Positions 10,878 through 21,804 are shown, counted from the stretch's first letter. The stretch: DNA of 64,000 nucleotides from Bacilli bacterium (GCA_035647455.1 DASRNI010000028.1:9154-73153), one strand, 5' to 3'. The notes: generated by a model from the letters alone, not told the origin. Made by a program: numbers and translations.

Positions 10878-11342
10878 ATGATGAATGACGAAAAATATAT
10901 GCGCCTTGCCTTAGTTCAGGCGCACAAAGCAAAGCGAAAAGATGAGGTTCCCGTTGGTGCGGTGATTGTTTGTGATGGCAAGGTTATCGCAAAAGCATAT
11001 AACAAGCGGGAAAAAACGAATGACCCTTTAGGTCATGCCGAACTGCGTACAATTAAGCAGGCAAGTCGTAAACTTAAAGCATGGCGCCTTGTTAATTGTG
11101 ACTTATATGTCACACTTGAACCATGCATAATGTGTGCCGGCGCTATTATGTGGAGTAGGTTCCGGCGTGTAGTTTATGGAGCTACAGATAAAAAGGGTGG
11201 CGCTCTTGGTGGTGCCCTAAATATATTTGAAGAGAAGGCGGTTAACCACATTCCTGAGATTACTGGTGGGGTACTTGCCGAAGAAGCAAGCTTACTTCTC
11301 TCGGACTTTTTTCAGAAAAAACGGGAAACAAACAAGCAATAA
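10878..11342 (+). CDS. tadA: tRNA-specific adenosine deaminase
   Basis: HAE...PCIMCAGAI zinc-binding CDA motif. N-terminus MMNDEKYMRLAL aligns with the B. subtilis TadA start. The track start at 10803 is a TTG extension. Confidence 0.88.
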   Translation: MMNDEKYMRLALVQAHKAKRKDEVPVGAVIVCDGKVIAKAYNKREKTNDPLGHAELRTIKQASRKLKAWRLVNCDLYVTLEPCIMCAGAIMWSRFRRVVYGATDKKGGALGGALNIFEEKAVNHIPEITGGVLAEEASLLLSDFFQKKRETNKQ

Positions 11343-11357
11343 AGGTAGGTAGATATT

Positions 11358-13961
11358 ATGTTAAAGTTAATAAATATACATAAGGATTATTATGTCAACA
11401 AACGACCGTTACACGTTTTAAAAGGAATTGATTTAACTTTTCCTAAACAACAATATGTAACGATTCTTGGTCCGTCAGGATGTGGAAAAACAACGCTTTT
11501 AAATTTAATTGGTGGACTTGATAAATACACAAGTGGTGACTTGATCATTGAAGGTAAAAGCACAAAAGAATTTAAAGATAGCGATTGGGATGCTTACCGG
11601 AACCATAGTGTTGGTTTTGTTTTCCAAAGTTATAATTTAATTGCACACTTTAGCGTCCTTGAAAACGTTGAAATCTCCTTAACATTAACCGGTATATCTC
11701 CGCAAGAACGCCGCCAAAGAGCGATTGATGCCTTAATTGAAGTAGGTTTAGAAGAAGAAATTTATAAAAAGTCAAATCAACTTTCCGGTGGGCAAATGCA
11801 ACGTGTTGCGATTGCGCGAGCAATTGTTAATAACCCAAGTATTATTCTTGCTGACGAGCCAACTGGAGCTCTTGATACAAAAACAAGTGGCCAAGTACTA
11901 GACATTTTAAAAGAAGTTAGTAAAACAAGATTAGTTATAATGGTGTCGCATAACGAAAAATTAGCCCAAGCTTATAGCGACCGAATTATCCGCATGGTTG
12001 ACGGAAAAATTACGAGTGACAGTTTACCAGGCAAAGTTAAAGAAGTCGTCATAGATGAAGAAGTTACTGAAGAAAAAGTAAAAGGAACAGCAATGTCGTT
12101 CCCAACCGCACTTCGCAGTAGTTATAAAAACATTTTAACGAAAAAAGGTCGCACAATTTTGACGGCACTTGCTGGATCACTTGGAATTATTGGAATCGGT
12201 CTTGTTTCTGCGGTAAGTAACGGATTTCAAAATTATATTGACCGGATGGAGCAAGAGACGATGGCGTCTTATCCAATGGCGGTATTATCGCAATCAATTA
12301 GCTTAGAAGCTGGCTTTCAACATCCAAACGTTGATGAAAAATATCCAGATATCGAAGAAATTAAAGTGTATGACCGCTCTGACCGTGAAGCGCAAGGTCT
12401 GACATTTGAATATAACATTATTAATGAGGAAGTAATTGAATTTGCTAAATCTTTAAAGGATGACGATCTTGCTTCAAGTATTCTTGTTAATTATCCGAAT
12501 AAAATGCGCGTTATTTATGAAGGGCCGGTTGCAGGAGAGTACGGTTTTGTTGACCGCGTTGACCGATTAAGTGGTATAACGCCACTCCCAACCGGGAACT
12601 TTACGCAAATGCCGGGTGACAAGGACTACGTTCTTGAGTTTTATGATTTGCTTGGTGGTGAAGAAGCGCGGTTTCCAGAAAATGAAAACGAAGTTGTCCT
12701 TGTAATCGACGCATACAATAAAATATCATTACAAACATTAACAGACTTAGGAATATTAGGCCGGGCAGATCGAACTGAGCTGATTGCTTTTAGCGATATT
12801 ATTGGCCATGAATTTAAAGCGCTCGCTAACGACGAGTTTTATACCGATAGTGGTCATGAGAACAAAATTGCCGAATTAGATATTCTTACAATGCAAGTTC
12901 AAAAAGAAATAAAAACATTTTTCGCACCAAATCAAGCTGGTTTAAAACAAAGGTATGAAGATGATGCAGTTGGTGTTAAATTGAATATTACCGGGATTTT
13001 ACGGCCAAAGAAAAATATTCAATTAAGTTTAATTCCGGCCGGAATTGCCTACACAAACGAATTAAGTGACAAAATGCAAACACTTAACGCAAGTAACGAA
13101 ATTGGTAAAGCGGCAATAAACAATCTTGCTATTACTGAATTGCCGGATTTCGAATCAATGGAAAATTTAAACGACTTGATGCGCGTTTTTAAATTTTATT
13201 CGCCTTACGCTCGTTCAGATGGAAAATTAACCGAGTTAACAGCAGCAGAATTTTTACAAATTGGGAAAGATGTTGGTGCATTAGCAAAAGACTTAGAACT
13301 TTCGCCTTTGTTAGGCGAGGAGTTTGAAACGATGATTAGGGGTTTTTTCACACTAAACTTTAGTCCAGCCGAATCGATTGCGATTTTCCCTAAAGATTCT
13401 GCAAGTAAAAAACTCATTAAAGATAAGTTTGCCGAGTATAACGCCAAAATGATTAGTGACCACGGACCGGAGATGGGCGAACTTTATAAAATAAAACTTT
13501 TTGATGCTGTTGAAGTAGTCACTGATTCTCTGGCAACGATGATTGATATTATTTCGATTGTTTTAATTGTCTTTACGAGTATATCGCTTGTAGTGTCGGG
13601 TTTCTTAATTGGCATTATCACATATGTTTCGGTAATTGAACGGACGAAAGAGATTGGAATACTCCGTGCTATTGGTGCACGAAAGAAAGACGTTTCCCGC
13701 TTATTTAATGCAGAAACATTTATTATCGGCCTTCTTGCTGGGCTCATTGGTGTTGTTTCAACTTATATTCTTTCGATTCCGATCAATTTGGTTTTAAATT
13801 ACGTTTTCCCTGATCAAGGAATTGGTCAAATTGCCTTTCTTGCGCCATTAACCGGACTATTCCTGATTGCTTTTAATATATCTCTTACCGTTGTTGCGGG
13901 TCTTATCCCGAGTAGAATGGCGGCAAATAAAGATCCTGTCGTCGCCTTAAGAACAGAATAA
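11358..13961 (+). CDS. Fused ABC transporter ATP-binding / FtsX-family permease (MacB-type)
   Basis: 867 aa. N-terminal NBD has Walker [10 protein letters not shown], signature [14 protein letters not shown] and Walker B ILADEPT. The C-terminal part has a TM, then a large extracytoplasmic domain, then an FtsX 3-TM bundle. Confidence 0.85.
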   Translation: MLKLINIHKDYYVNKRPLHVLKGIDLTFPKQQYVTILGPSGCGKTTLLNLIGGLDKYTSGDLIIEGKSTKEFKDSDWDAYRNHSVGFVFQSYNLIAHFSVLENVEISLTLTGISPQERRQRAIDALIEVGLEEEIYKKSNQLSGGQMQRVAIARAIVNNPSIILADEPTGALDTKTSGQVLDILKEVSKTRLVIMVSHNEKLAQAYSDRIIRMVDGKITSDSLPGKVKEVVIDEEVTEEKVKGTAMSFPTALRSSYKNILTKKGRTILTALAGSLGIIGIGLVSAVSNGFQNYIDRMEQETMASYPMAVLSQSISLEAGFQHPNVDEKYPDIEEIKVYDRSDREAQGLTFEYNIINEEVIEFAKSLKDDDLASSILVNYPNKMRVIYEGPVAGEYGFVDRVDRLSGITPLPTGNFTQMPGDKDYVLEFYDLLGGEEARFPENENEVVLVIDAYNKISLQTLTDLGILGRADRTELIAFSDIIGHEFKALANDEFYTDSGHENKIAELDILTMQVQKEIKTFFAPNQAGLKQRYEDDAVGVKLNITGILRPKKNIQLSLIPAGIAYTNELSDKMQTLNASNEIGKAAINNLAITELPDFESMENLNDLMRVFKFYSPYARSDGKLTELTAAEFLQIGKDVGALAKDLELSPLLGEEFETMIRGFFTLNFSPAESIAIFPKDSASKKLIKDKFAEYNAKMISDHGPEMGELYKIKLFDAVEVVTDSLATMIDIISIVLIVFTSISLVVSGFLIGIITYVSVIERTKEIGILRAIGARKKDVSRLFNAETFIIGLLAGLIGVVSTYILSIPINLVLNYVFPDQGIGQIAFLAPLTGLFLIAFNISLTVVAGLIPSRMAANKDPVVALRTE

Positions 13962-14022
13962 AGCATACACTCTTAATCGTTTGCGTCTAAATTATAGTGT
14001 ATAATTTAAGGAAGGTGGTTTT

Positions 14023-16482
14023 ATGCGTCCAGGAAAAGTAACAACATTTATCAAGAAGTCAGAAATCCGGCTTGAAGATATTGAACGGTTTTCTCCAAAA
14101 TATAATAAAGGGCTTAATCAAGAACAAGTAATTATTCGTCAAAGACAAAATTTAACGAACAAAAAAGTTAACAAAGGTGTTAAATCAGTCGCGGCGATTT
14201 TATGGACAAACCTATTCTCTTTCTTTAACGTTTTACTTTATGCGATTGCAACTGCGCTAATAATTGTTAAAGAATACGGCAGTCTCTTTTTTGTCGGAAT
14301 TTTAATTTTTAATATTACAATTGGGATGATTCAAGACTTTCGAGCACGTAAAACATTACAACAATTACAAATTTTAAACGCCCCAAGCGTAACAATTATT
14401 CGCCAAGGACTTGAAATGAATTTACGTGATGAAGATATCGTTCTTGATGACGTGATTAAAGTTAAGCTTGGTGACCAAATCGCCGCTGATGGTATTGTTA
14501 TTCAAGGGACAATTGGTGTTGATGAATCACTTTTAACAGGTGAAGCGTTGACAATTTATAAAGAAAAAGGCGCTGAAGTGCTCTCTGGCTCCTTTGTGAC
14601 GAGTGGAACAGCTTATTACCGCGCTGATAAGGTAGGAAAACTTGCTTATGCCCAAACGATTCAAATGCGGGCGCGCACTTTCCAGCGTCCAACTTCGGAA
14701 CTACTTGGTGCAATTAACCGACTCTTCCGTGTGATCGGTATTTTTGTTATTGCAATCGGCGTTTTTTCAATTGCCGCAGCATATTATCAAGGCAACACAT
14801 TAGTTAATAGTGTTAAATCAATTGCCGGCTCATTAGTCGGGATGATTCCTTCGGGAATGTATTTATTAACGAGTATGACGCTCGCGGTTGGTGTCATCCG
14901 GCTAGGAGCAAAGAAAACCCTTGTTAACGAAATGTACTCAATCGAAATGCTCGCGCGTATCGACGTTTTATGTCTTGATAAAACTGGGACGATAACAGAT
15001 GGGACGATGAACGTTAGTGAAGTTGTCAAGTTGCCTGGTCATGAAGATGTTGAAGTAGGTGCGCTTGTTGCAACAATTATTAAAGCAACAAATGATAGTA
15101 ACCCAACCGCAAATACACTTTTAAAGCACTTCAAAGATGAAACACAAAAACAAGCCACACTCGCTATTCCTTTTTCAAGTAGTCAAAAGTTTAGTGGTGC
15201 AGTTATTAATAACAAAACATATGTTATTGGTGCAGCAAACGCTTTACTTGCCAATAAAGGCCATACAAATGTAAAAAAACTTGAACTACAATTTTTAAAA
15301 CGCGGACTCCGTGTTTTACTTTTAGGGGTTACGGAAGAAAAGATTGAAGTCGACGTTAAACCAGCCGGAGTAATACCGTTAGCGCTGATTGTTATTCAAG
15401 ACACAATCCGTAAAGAGGCGACGGAAACAATTAGATGGTTTAAAGAAAACGGTGTTAAGGTTAAAATTATTTCTGGTGACGACCCAATTAGTGTCAGCGA
15501 AATTGCCCGTCAAGTTGGGGTTCAGAACGCTGAAACGTTTATTGATTTATCAACAAACGCACTTGAAGAAGTTGAAAACGTTCATGATTATACTGTGTTT
15601 GGGCGTGTGAAACCGAATGAAAAAGAAGAGATTGTTCGTAGTTTGCAAAATGCTGGCCAAACGGTAGCAATGATTGGTGACGGTGTTAATGATGTTTTAG
15701 CACTTAAAGTTGCCGACTGTTCCATTGCAATGGGTGCAGGTAGCGGTGCTGCGCGTGGTGTTAGTCATTTGACACTCTTAGATGATAATTTTGCGACGTT
15801 GCCTTCAATTGTCGACGAAGGACGCAGGGCAATTAATAACTTACAGAAAACGTGGTCACTCTTTTTAGTTAAAACAGTTTTTGCAATTACACTTTCACTT
15901 ATCTACTTAGTAGCGTCAATACTAGTAACACGCGGTTCAGGAGTTCGTTATCCGTTTGAACCGAAGAACTTATATGTTTGGGAGCTTTTTGCGATCGGAA
16001 TTGCATCATTCTTCTTATCGCTACAGCCGAATAAAAATAAAGTTAGCGGAACATTAATAACTAATGTTATTAAACGCTCACTACCTGCGGGGCTGATTAT
16101 TGTTTTTGCCGTGTTCTTTGTTTTCATTTTACAAAGTTTTGGGCAAATGGTTGGCAGTGATTCCGTGTTAAATATTACTGAAGAAGCTGCGGTAACAATG
16201 GGCGTACTCACGATGAACTTCTTGAGTATGGTTGTGCTTTATCGCTTGTCATGGCCGTTTAATAAATACCGTATGAGAATGTTTATTGCGATGAGTTTTG
16301 GAGCGATTTTCCTAACGCTATTTAGCGGCTTAATCTCTCACCCTGCCTTACAGTTTTTAGGAATTAACTTACGTTCATTAGACTTAATCAAAGTTTTAAT
16401 TTTAGTTGTACTTAATATTAGTGCGGCAACAATTTATATTTTAATTGACCGCAAATTACGGGTTAAAAAAACAAAGGTATAG
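14023..16482 (+). CDS. Cation-transporting P-type ATPase (P2-like, Ca2+/Mg2+ type)
   Basis: 819 aa. Phosphorylation motif CLDKTGTITDG, hinge GDGVNDVLALKVADCSIAMG, and about 10 TM segments. Confidence 0.85.
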   Translation: MRPGKVTTFIKKSEIRLEDIERFSPKYNKGLNQEQVIIRQRQNLTNKKVNKGVKSVAAILWTNLFSFFNVLLYAIATALIIVKEYGSLFFVGILIFNITIGMIQDFRARKTLQQLQILNAPSVTIIRQGLEMNLRDEDIVLDDVIKVKLGDQIAADGIVIQGTIGVDESLLTGEALTIYKEKGAEVLSGSFVTSGTAYYRADKVGKLAYAQTIQMRARTFQRPTSELLGAINRLFRVIGIFVIAIGVFSIAAAYYQGNTLVNSVKSIAGSLVGMIPSGMYLLTSMTLAVGVIRLGAKKTLVNEMYSIEMLARIDVLCLDKTGTITDGTMNVSEVVKLPGHEDVEVGALVATIIKATNDSNPTANTLLKHFKDETQKQATLAIPFSSSQKFSGAVINNKTYVIGAANALLANKGHTNVKKLELQFLKRGLRVLLLGVTEEKIEVDVKPAGVIPLALIVIQDTIRKEATETIRWFKENGVKVKIISGDDPISVSEIARQVGVQNAETFIDLSTNALEEVENVHDYTVFGRVKPNEKEEIVRSLQNAGQTVAMIGDGVNDVLALKVADCSIAMGAGSGAARGVSHLTLLDDNFATLPSIVDEGRRAINNLQKTWSLFLVKTVFAITLSLIYLVASILVTRGSGVRYPFEPKNLYVWELFAIGIASFFLSLQPNKNKVSGTLITNVIKRSLPAGLIIVFAVFFVFILQSFGQMVGSDSVLNITEEAAVTMGVLTMNFLSMVVLYRLSWPFNKYRMRMFIAMSFGAIFLTLFSGLISHPALQFLGINLRSLDLIKVLILVVLNISAATIYILIDRKLRVKKTKV

Positions 16483-16485
16483 TTT

Positions 16486-17397
16486 ATGACAATAAAATTA
16501 AGTAAAGAAGTTGAAAACGCCTTAGCAAACGGAAAACCAATTATTGCGCTGGAATCGACGATTATTTCACACGGGATGCCTTATCCTGACAACGTTAAAA
16601 CTGCATTAATGGTTGAAAAATTCATTCGCGAACGCGGTGCAGTTCCTGCTACAATCGCGGTGATTGCGGGTGAGATAAGGGCTGGCTTAACGGCGGACGA
16701 GATTGACGAGTTAGGAAAAAAGAAAGATGTTGTTAAAGTTTCGCGGCGCGACTTGGCTTACGTGGTTAGTCAAAAAAGGTGGGGTGGAACAACAGTAGCG
16801 GCAACAATGATCATTGCAAAACGCGCAGGGATCAAAGTCTTTGTAACGGGCGGTATTGGTGGCGTTCACCGTGGTGCGAGCGATACGTTTGATATTTCTG
16901 CCGATTTAGATGAATTAGGTAAAACAAATATTGCTGTCGTGAGTGCTGGGCCGAAAGCAATTCTTGATTTAAATAAAACACTTGAATACTTAGAAACAAA
17001 AGGAGTGCCAATCATTGGTTATCAGACAACAAAGATGCCACTTTTTTATACGATGAGTGAAAGTGAAGAAGTGCTTTATCGCTTTGAAGAAGCTAGTGAT
17101 ATCGCCACATACATTAAAGCGCACAATCAACTAAATCTGGAAAACGGTGTTTTAATCTTTAACGCAATTAGCGCTGAAGACGCTTTACCTTATACTGAAG
17201 TTGAAAACGCCATCGATCAAGCAATCAGAGAAATGAAGAGGGCGGGCATAAGCGGGAAAGAAGAAACACCTTATTTATTAAGTAAAGTTGCAGAAATTAC
17301 GAAGGGGCGAAGCTTAAAGGCAAACATCAGTCTTTTATTAAGCAATGTAGCGTTAGGTGTGGAAATTGCCAAAGCTTTAACGAATAATGAAAACTAA
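16486..17397 (+). CDS. psuG: Pseudouridine-5'-phosphate glycosidase
   Basis: 303 aa. N-terminus ...ALANGKPIIALESTIISHGMPYPDN is the characteristic PsuG/YeiN signature. Confidence 0.85.
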   Translation: MTIKLSKEVENALANGKPIIALESTIISHGMPYPDNVKTALMVEKFIRERGAVPATIAVIAGEIRAGLTADEIDELGKKKDVVKVSRRDLAYVVSQKRWGGTTVAATMIIAKRAGIKVFVTGGIGGVHRGASDTFDISADLDELGKTNIAVVSAGPKAILDLNKTLEYLETKGVPIIGYQTTKMPLFYTMSESEEVLYRFEEASDIATYIKAHNQLNLENGVLIFNAISAEDALPYTEVENAIDQAIREMKRAGISGKEETPYLLSKVAEITKGRSLKANISLLLSNVALGVEIAKALTNNEN

Positions 17398-17905
17398 GTA
17401 TCGTTTAGCAGTAGCACTTAAAGCTTTAATGAAAACAACACCGCTTGATCTTATTAGTGTGAAAACGTTAACCGAAAAGTGTGAACTAAACCGCCAAACT
17501 TTTTATTACCATTTCCGTAATCTATATGATTTATTGATGTGGATATTTTTGAATGAAAAAATCAGCACCGAAGTAGCAGACGTCAATGAAGCACTCGACG
17601 TTTTAATAACTTACTTAGAAAAAGAACATTTATTTATTGAAAACGCCTTAAATAGTGCAGCAAAAGATTTAGTGATGGAGTTTTTATTCAACAAAATATA
17701 CAATATGAACTTAGTTTTGTTAAAAGACGACTCAAAAGAGATTTCAAAAAATAAAGTGCAATATCATGCTCGTTTTCTTGCCGCTGGATTAAGTAATATT
17801 ATAATAACATACATAAACGAAGAACTAGATATTTCACTAGATGAAATTTTAGCAACATATAAAGATACTTTCACAAAAACAAGACGGGAATTAAGCAATG
17901 CATAA
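17387..17905 (+). CDS. TetR-family transcriptional regulator
   Basis: 172 aa. N-terminal HTH ...ISVKTLTEKCELNRQTFYYHFRNLYDLL. Overlaps psuG and the alcohol dehydrogenase, so translationally coupled. Confidence 0.7.
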   Translation: MKTKYRLAVALKALMKTTPLDLISVKTLTEKCELNRQTFYYHFRNLYDLLMWIFLNEKISTEVADVNEALDVLITYLEKEHLFIENALNSAAKDLVMEFLFNKIYNMNLVLLKDDSKEISKNKVQYHARFLAAGLSNIIITYINEELDISLDEILATYKDTFTKTRRELSNA

Positions 17906-19070
17906 CTTTGAATTTCATTTAAGAACAAAACTTTACTTTGGCCGTGATGAACATTTAAAAATCGGTGAAATTATTAAAGGATACGGATTTAGTAGCGTTT
18001 TAATCTTAATTGGTGAAAGACACGTCAAAGAGACCGGCTTATTAGATAAAGTTAGTGATTTACTGGGCAAAAACGGTATAAAATATACAGTTTATGGCGG
18101 AATTACGCCAAACCCTGAAATAAAGTTTGTGCGCGAAGCGACGAGAATTGCCCAAAAAGAAGCGGTTGATTTAATTTTAGCAATCGGTGGCGGAAGCGTG
18201 ATTGATGTTGCGAAAACTGTAAGCGCAAGTTATTACTATAAAGGTGACCCATTTGATTTTTGTACGAAAACGGCTACTGTGGAAAAGGCGTTACCGCTCG
18301 GTGTTATTTTAACCCACAGTTCGTCAGGGAGCGAAATGTCGGCAAGTGCGGTAATATCGCGTGCTGAAACGCTGTTTAAAGAAGGGTATAGGAGTGAGCT
18401 AATTCGGCCTTTATTTGCGGTAATGAATCCCAGGTTAACGCAAAGTGTCTCAAAATATCAAACAGCGGTCGGCATTGTTGATAGCTTTATGCATTCACTT
18501 GAGCGTTATTTTTCTAATCCCGAAATCTTTTCTTTTGCTGATCGATTTAATGAAGCGGTTTTTATCACATTAAAAGAAGCAGCGTTAAAGTTAATTAAAG
18601 ATCCAAACGATTACGATGCCCGCGCAAACATAATGTTAGCAAGTGCAATGTCACATAACGGACTTGGCGGGTTGGGCAAAAAAACATATATGTCAGCACA
18701 TCAACTTGAACACGCCTTAAGTGCACTTTATCCAGAAATTGCTCACGGCCACGGACTGGCAGTTGTTTGGCCAGCCTGGGCGAAAATGTATTTGCCAATT
18801 ATGCCGGATAAATTTGATCGTTTTGCACGCGTCGTTTTTAATTTTTCTAATGATGATAAAATAAAAAATGGTTTACGGGGTATTGAGGCACTCGAAAACT
18901 TATTTGCTAAGCTCGGTTTAACTTTAACTTTACGGAACTTAGGTGTTAAAGAAAGTGATTACGATGTTCTTGTTAATATCGTTACAAAAAATGGTGAGAA
19001 GAAACTATATCACCGCCTTAAAGAATTAGATAAAGAAGAAATACGAACAATTTATCAAAATTGTTATTAG
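17898..19070 (+). CDS. Iron-containing (group III) alcohol dehydrogenase
   Basis: 390 aa. GGGSVIDVAKTVS dinucleotide motif and His-rich metal site ...HQLEHALSALYPEIAHGHGLA. Confidence 0.85.
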   Translation: MHNFEFHLRTKLYFGRDEHLKIGEIIKGYGFSSVLILIGERHVKETGLLDKVSDLLGKNGIKYTVYGGITPNPEIKFVREATRIAQKEAVDLILAIGGGSVIDVAKTVSASYYYKGDPFDFCTKTATVEKALPLGVILTHSSSGSEMSASAVISRAETLFKEGYRSELIRPLFAVMNPRLTQSVSKYQTAVGIVDSFMHSLERYFSNPEIFSFADRFNEAVFITLKEAALKLIKDPNDYDARANIMLASAMSHNGLGGLGKKTYMSAHQLEHALSALYPEIAHGHGLAVVWPAWAKMYLPIMPDKFDRFARVVFNFSNDDKIKNGLRGIEALENLFAKLGLTLTLRNLGVKESDYDVLVNIVTKNGEKKLYHRLKELDKEEIRTIYQNCY

Positions 19071-19078
19071 GAGGAAAT

Positions 19079-20197
19079 ATGCGCAAAGAAGATTTCTTAA
19101 GTATTGTTGTGTATCTGTTAATGATTGTCGTGGCTATTTTTATTGGTGAATTAATTATTAGCCCGGCCTTTGCAACTTCAGCACTTAACCTTGTCGAACC
19201 CGACACATATATTTTTGCAATAAGTACAATTGTTGTTGGTTTATTAATCAATACAATTTTATTTGAAGTCGGTCACGTTCTTGGTGCACTAATTGGTGGT
19301 TATAAAGTCATCAGTGTGACTGTACTTGGTTTTTCATTTTATAAAACAAAGAATAAATGGCGTTTTGGCTTTAAGCGTTATGAAGGACTTACTGGCGAAA
19401 CGAAAATTGTTGCCCGGAAAGAAAAAACACGTCCGCGTCTCTTTCTTTTTGGACCAACACTGATGGTTTTATTAGAGTTTGGCATTGCGACAGCTTTGTT
19501 TTTAAGTTTTGGTCCAAAAGAAGCGATTCATCACCAATCGCTAATTGTTGCCGGTATTGGCGCAATGCTGCTTTTATATAATATTATGCCGTTTAAACTC
19601 GATAACTTTACTGATGGCTACTATATCGTTCTTTTAGGTCGAAAAATTAACAAAGAAGCATATAACGAACTAATTCGGATTGAGTCACGTATTCATGAAG
19701 GCGAAGACATAGGCGAAATTAAAACATTTGAAGAAGTAACAACGTTAACCGCGCGTGTTACGCTTTACACTCTTTATCGCCTTATCGATGAAGGGAAGTT
19801 TAAAGAAGCACTTGAAATTATTGAACGTTTAATTGCCGATGACAAGAAAATCGAGTTAGAATTTGTTGGCCGCATTAAAGCACAAAAGATTTATTTATTA
19901 CTCCACACGAAAGCGATGGAAGTAACTGAAAATTACTGGTTTAATGAACTTTCTACACAAGAAAGACGCTTTATTAGTAATGACTTAACATTTGAAACAA
20001 TGCGCTCATATTTCTTATATAGCGGTCTTGTAACAAAAAGTGAAAGTGAATGTTTGTTTGTTTTAAACCGCCTTAAACGAGCTGAGCGACTTCGTTTAAA
20101 TGAATACCGCGAAGAAGAGGAGTTGAAACTCTTTAAAGAAGCAGTGCTAAAAGTGCGGGCGGAAAACCCTACTTGGGAATTAAATTACGACGAATAG
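19079..20197 (+). CDS. Membrane protein with a site-2-protease (M50)-like TM core carrying a degenerate HExxH (FEVGH), plus a C-terminal soluble helical domain
   Basis: ATG after RBS AGGAGG; the track's 19061 start is TTG. TM1-3 carry ...ILFEVGHVLGALIGG. A GP motif follows (LFLFGPTLMVLLEF), then ...LLLYNIMPFKLDNFTDGYY (cf. the S2P NxxPxxxLDG motif). The first Zn-ligand His is replaced by Phe. Confidence 0.45.
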   Translation: MRKEDFLSIVVYLLMIVVAIFIGELIISPAFATSALNLVEPDTYIFAISTIVVGLLINTILFEVGHVLGALIGGYKVISVTVLGFSFYKTKNKWRFGFKRYEGLTGETKIVARKEKTRPRLFLFGPTLMVLLEFGIATALFLSFGPKEAIHHQSLIVAGIGAMLLLYNIMPFKLDNFTDGYYIVLLGRKINKEAYNELIRIESRIHEGEDIGEIKTFEEVTTLTARVTLYTLYRLIDEGKFKEALEIIERLIADDKKIELEFVGRIKAQKIYLLLHTKAMEVTENYWFNELSTQERRFISNDLTFETMRSYFLYSGLVTKSESECLFVLNRLKRAERLRLNEYREEEELKLFKEAVLKVRAENPTWELNYDE

Positions 20198-20229
20198 AAA
20201 AAAACATCGCTGAATGCGATGTTTTCTTT
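20196..20229. terminator. Bidirectional rho-independent terminator between the convergent M50-like gene and mscL
   Basis: aacatcgc-tgaat-gcgatgtt hairpin flanked by an A-run and a T-run. Confidence 0.65.
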
Positions 20230-20245
20230 AAGTTTAAAGTGAAGT

Positions 20246-20722
20246 TTACTTTTTCGGATCTTTTTTAATTAAAGCATCACGAATTTCAGTAAGAAGCAGA
20301 ACTTCATCACTTAACTGTGGCTCTTCCTCAACTTCTTCAACTTCTTCTTCCTCTTCAGTAGGAACAAGTTTTTCTTTAAGTTGTTGTGCTCGTGCTGAAA
20401 CACCCATGAAAACTTTGATGATGAGAAATAGCACTAGGGCAATTAAAACGAAATTAATTACTGCCTGAAGGAAAAGTCCGTAATGTAAGGCGATTTCGGC
20501 AACGGCTTCTTGTCCGTTTGTTGCTGCAACACCTTCTTTTAAAACAAGTTTCCAGTCGGTAATATCTTTGCCCCCAAGTAAAGCGATTAGCGGCATAATT
20601 ATGTCGCCAACTAAACTGTTAACAATCGCAGTAAAAGCGGCACCGATAATAATCCCAACGGCTAAGTTAAGAACGTTTCCACGTGAGATAAACTCTTTAA
20701 ATTCTTTAAAAAACTTTTTCAT
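20246..20722 (-). CDS. mscL: Large-conductance mechanosensitive channel
   Basis: MKKFFKEFKEFISRGNVLNLAVGIIIGAAFTAIVNSLVGDIIMP is the canonical MscL N-terminus/TM1. At 158 aa it is long, with an acidic EEEEVEEVEEE C-terminal tail. Confidence 0.9.
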   Translation of the reverse strand: MKKFFKEFKEFISRGNVLNLAVGIIIGAAFTAIVNSLVGDIIMPLIALLGGKDITDWKLVLKEGVAATNGQEAVAEIALHYGLFLQAVINFVLIALVLFLIIKVFMGVSARAQQLKEKLVPTEEEEEVEEVEEEPQLSDEVLLLTEIRDALIKKDPKK

Positions 20723-20940
20723 TTTTCACTCCTTCTATCTTGAATTCAATTATAAATGGTTTATAAAATAAAGCAATAAAAAGCGCTTTATTGCCATCAC
20801 ACAGATTTAAACGATTATAATTCAAAAAAGTAATTTAAACGGACGATTGAAAATACTAAATATAAGGACTAAACTGTGACAGTTATTACAAAATGCGTTA
20901 ATATTATATGTAGCGAAATAAGATTAAGGAGATTGTCATT

Positions 20941-21795
20941 ATGAAAAAATTTAAAATTATTTCCGACTCAACACACGACCTAAGCCCAGAGTTAGTTAAA
21001 GAGGCAGATGTCGATATTGTACCGTCAAACGTATTAATTGGCGACGAAACTTATTTAGATTATTTTGAGATTAATGATGTCTTACTTTATGCAAAAATGA
21101 AAGAAAAAGGCGTCTTTCCGAAAACAAGTGCGGGAACACCAGCTTATTTTCTCAAAGCATTTGAAAAAGCGAAGGCCGAAGGATATAAAGAAATTATTGT
21201 TATTACGATCGGCAATTCATTTAGTGCGACACAAAAGAGCGGGATGATTGCTGCGGAAATGATTGAAGGAGTAAAAGTTCGCTTTGTCGATTCATATTCA
21301 CTTTCATCAGGAAGCGGCTTGCTTGTTATGCGTGCTCACGACTTACGCAAAGAAGGCAAATCGGTTGATGAAGTCGCTGATTACTTACAAAATCTTGCGC
21401 CACGTGTACGCGCTCAGTTTATTGTTGATAATTTACAAATGCTTAATGCCGGTGGCCGTGTTACAGGGATTAAATACTTTATTGGCAGAATTTTACGTGC
21501 ACACCCGTTCTTACAAGTAAACGATGCAAAACTTGAGGTTGTTGATACACCAAAAGGAAAATCAGAACGTGCACTAGATAAGATGATTGAAGTTTTTGAA
21601 ACTGAATTTGCGGCCGGTTTAGAATCACCGCGTGTTTTCATCACGCATACACACGGTGGATCGCGAATTGACTATATTAAAGAACGACTATTAAAGTTAA
21701 TTCCGGAAGAAAATATTTATGTGACAGAAGCCGGAGCGGTTATTAGTAGTCATTGTGGCGCAGGAACGATCGGCATCTTATATATTCGTAAATAG
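20941..21795 (+). CDS. DegV-family fatty-acid-binding protein
   Basis: 284 aa. MKKFKIISDSTHDLSPELVKEADVDIVP is the DegV N-terminus. Confidence 0.85.
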   Translation: MKKFKIISDSTHDLSPELVKEADVDIVPSNVLIGDETYLDYFEINDVLLYAKMKEKGVFPKTSAGTPAYFLKAFEKAKAEGYKEIIVITIGNSFSATQKSGMIAAEMIEGVKVRFVDSYSLSSGSGLLVMRAHDLRKEGKSVDEVADYLQNLAPRVRAQFIVDNLQMLNAGGRVTGIKYFIGRILRAHPFLQVNDAKLEVVDTPKGKSERALDKMIEVFETEFAAGLESPRVFITHTHGGSRIDYIKERLLKLIPEENIYVTEAGAVISSHCGAGTIGILYIRK

Positions 21796-21804
21796 AAACA
21801 AACA

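Noticed and set aside
20723-20940. 218-nt intergenic region with an 8-bp stem hairpin (gcaataaa-aagcgc-tttattgc). Considered as a small RNA or tRNA.
   Set aside because: No tRNA-like T-loop or anticodon arm. The region is AT-rich and fits divergent mscL/degV promoters. The hairpin alone is insufficient evidence.
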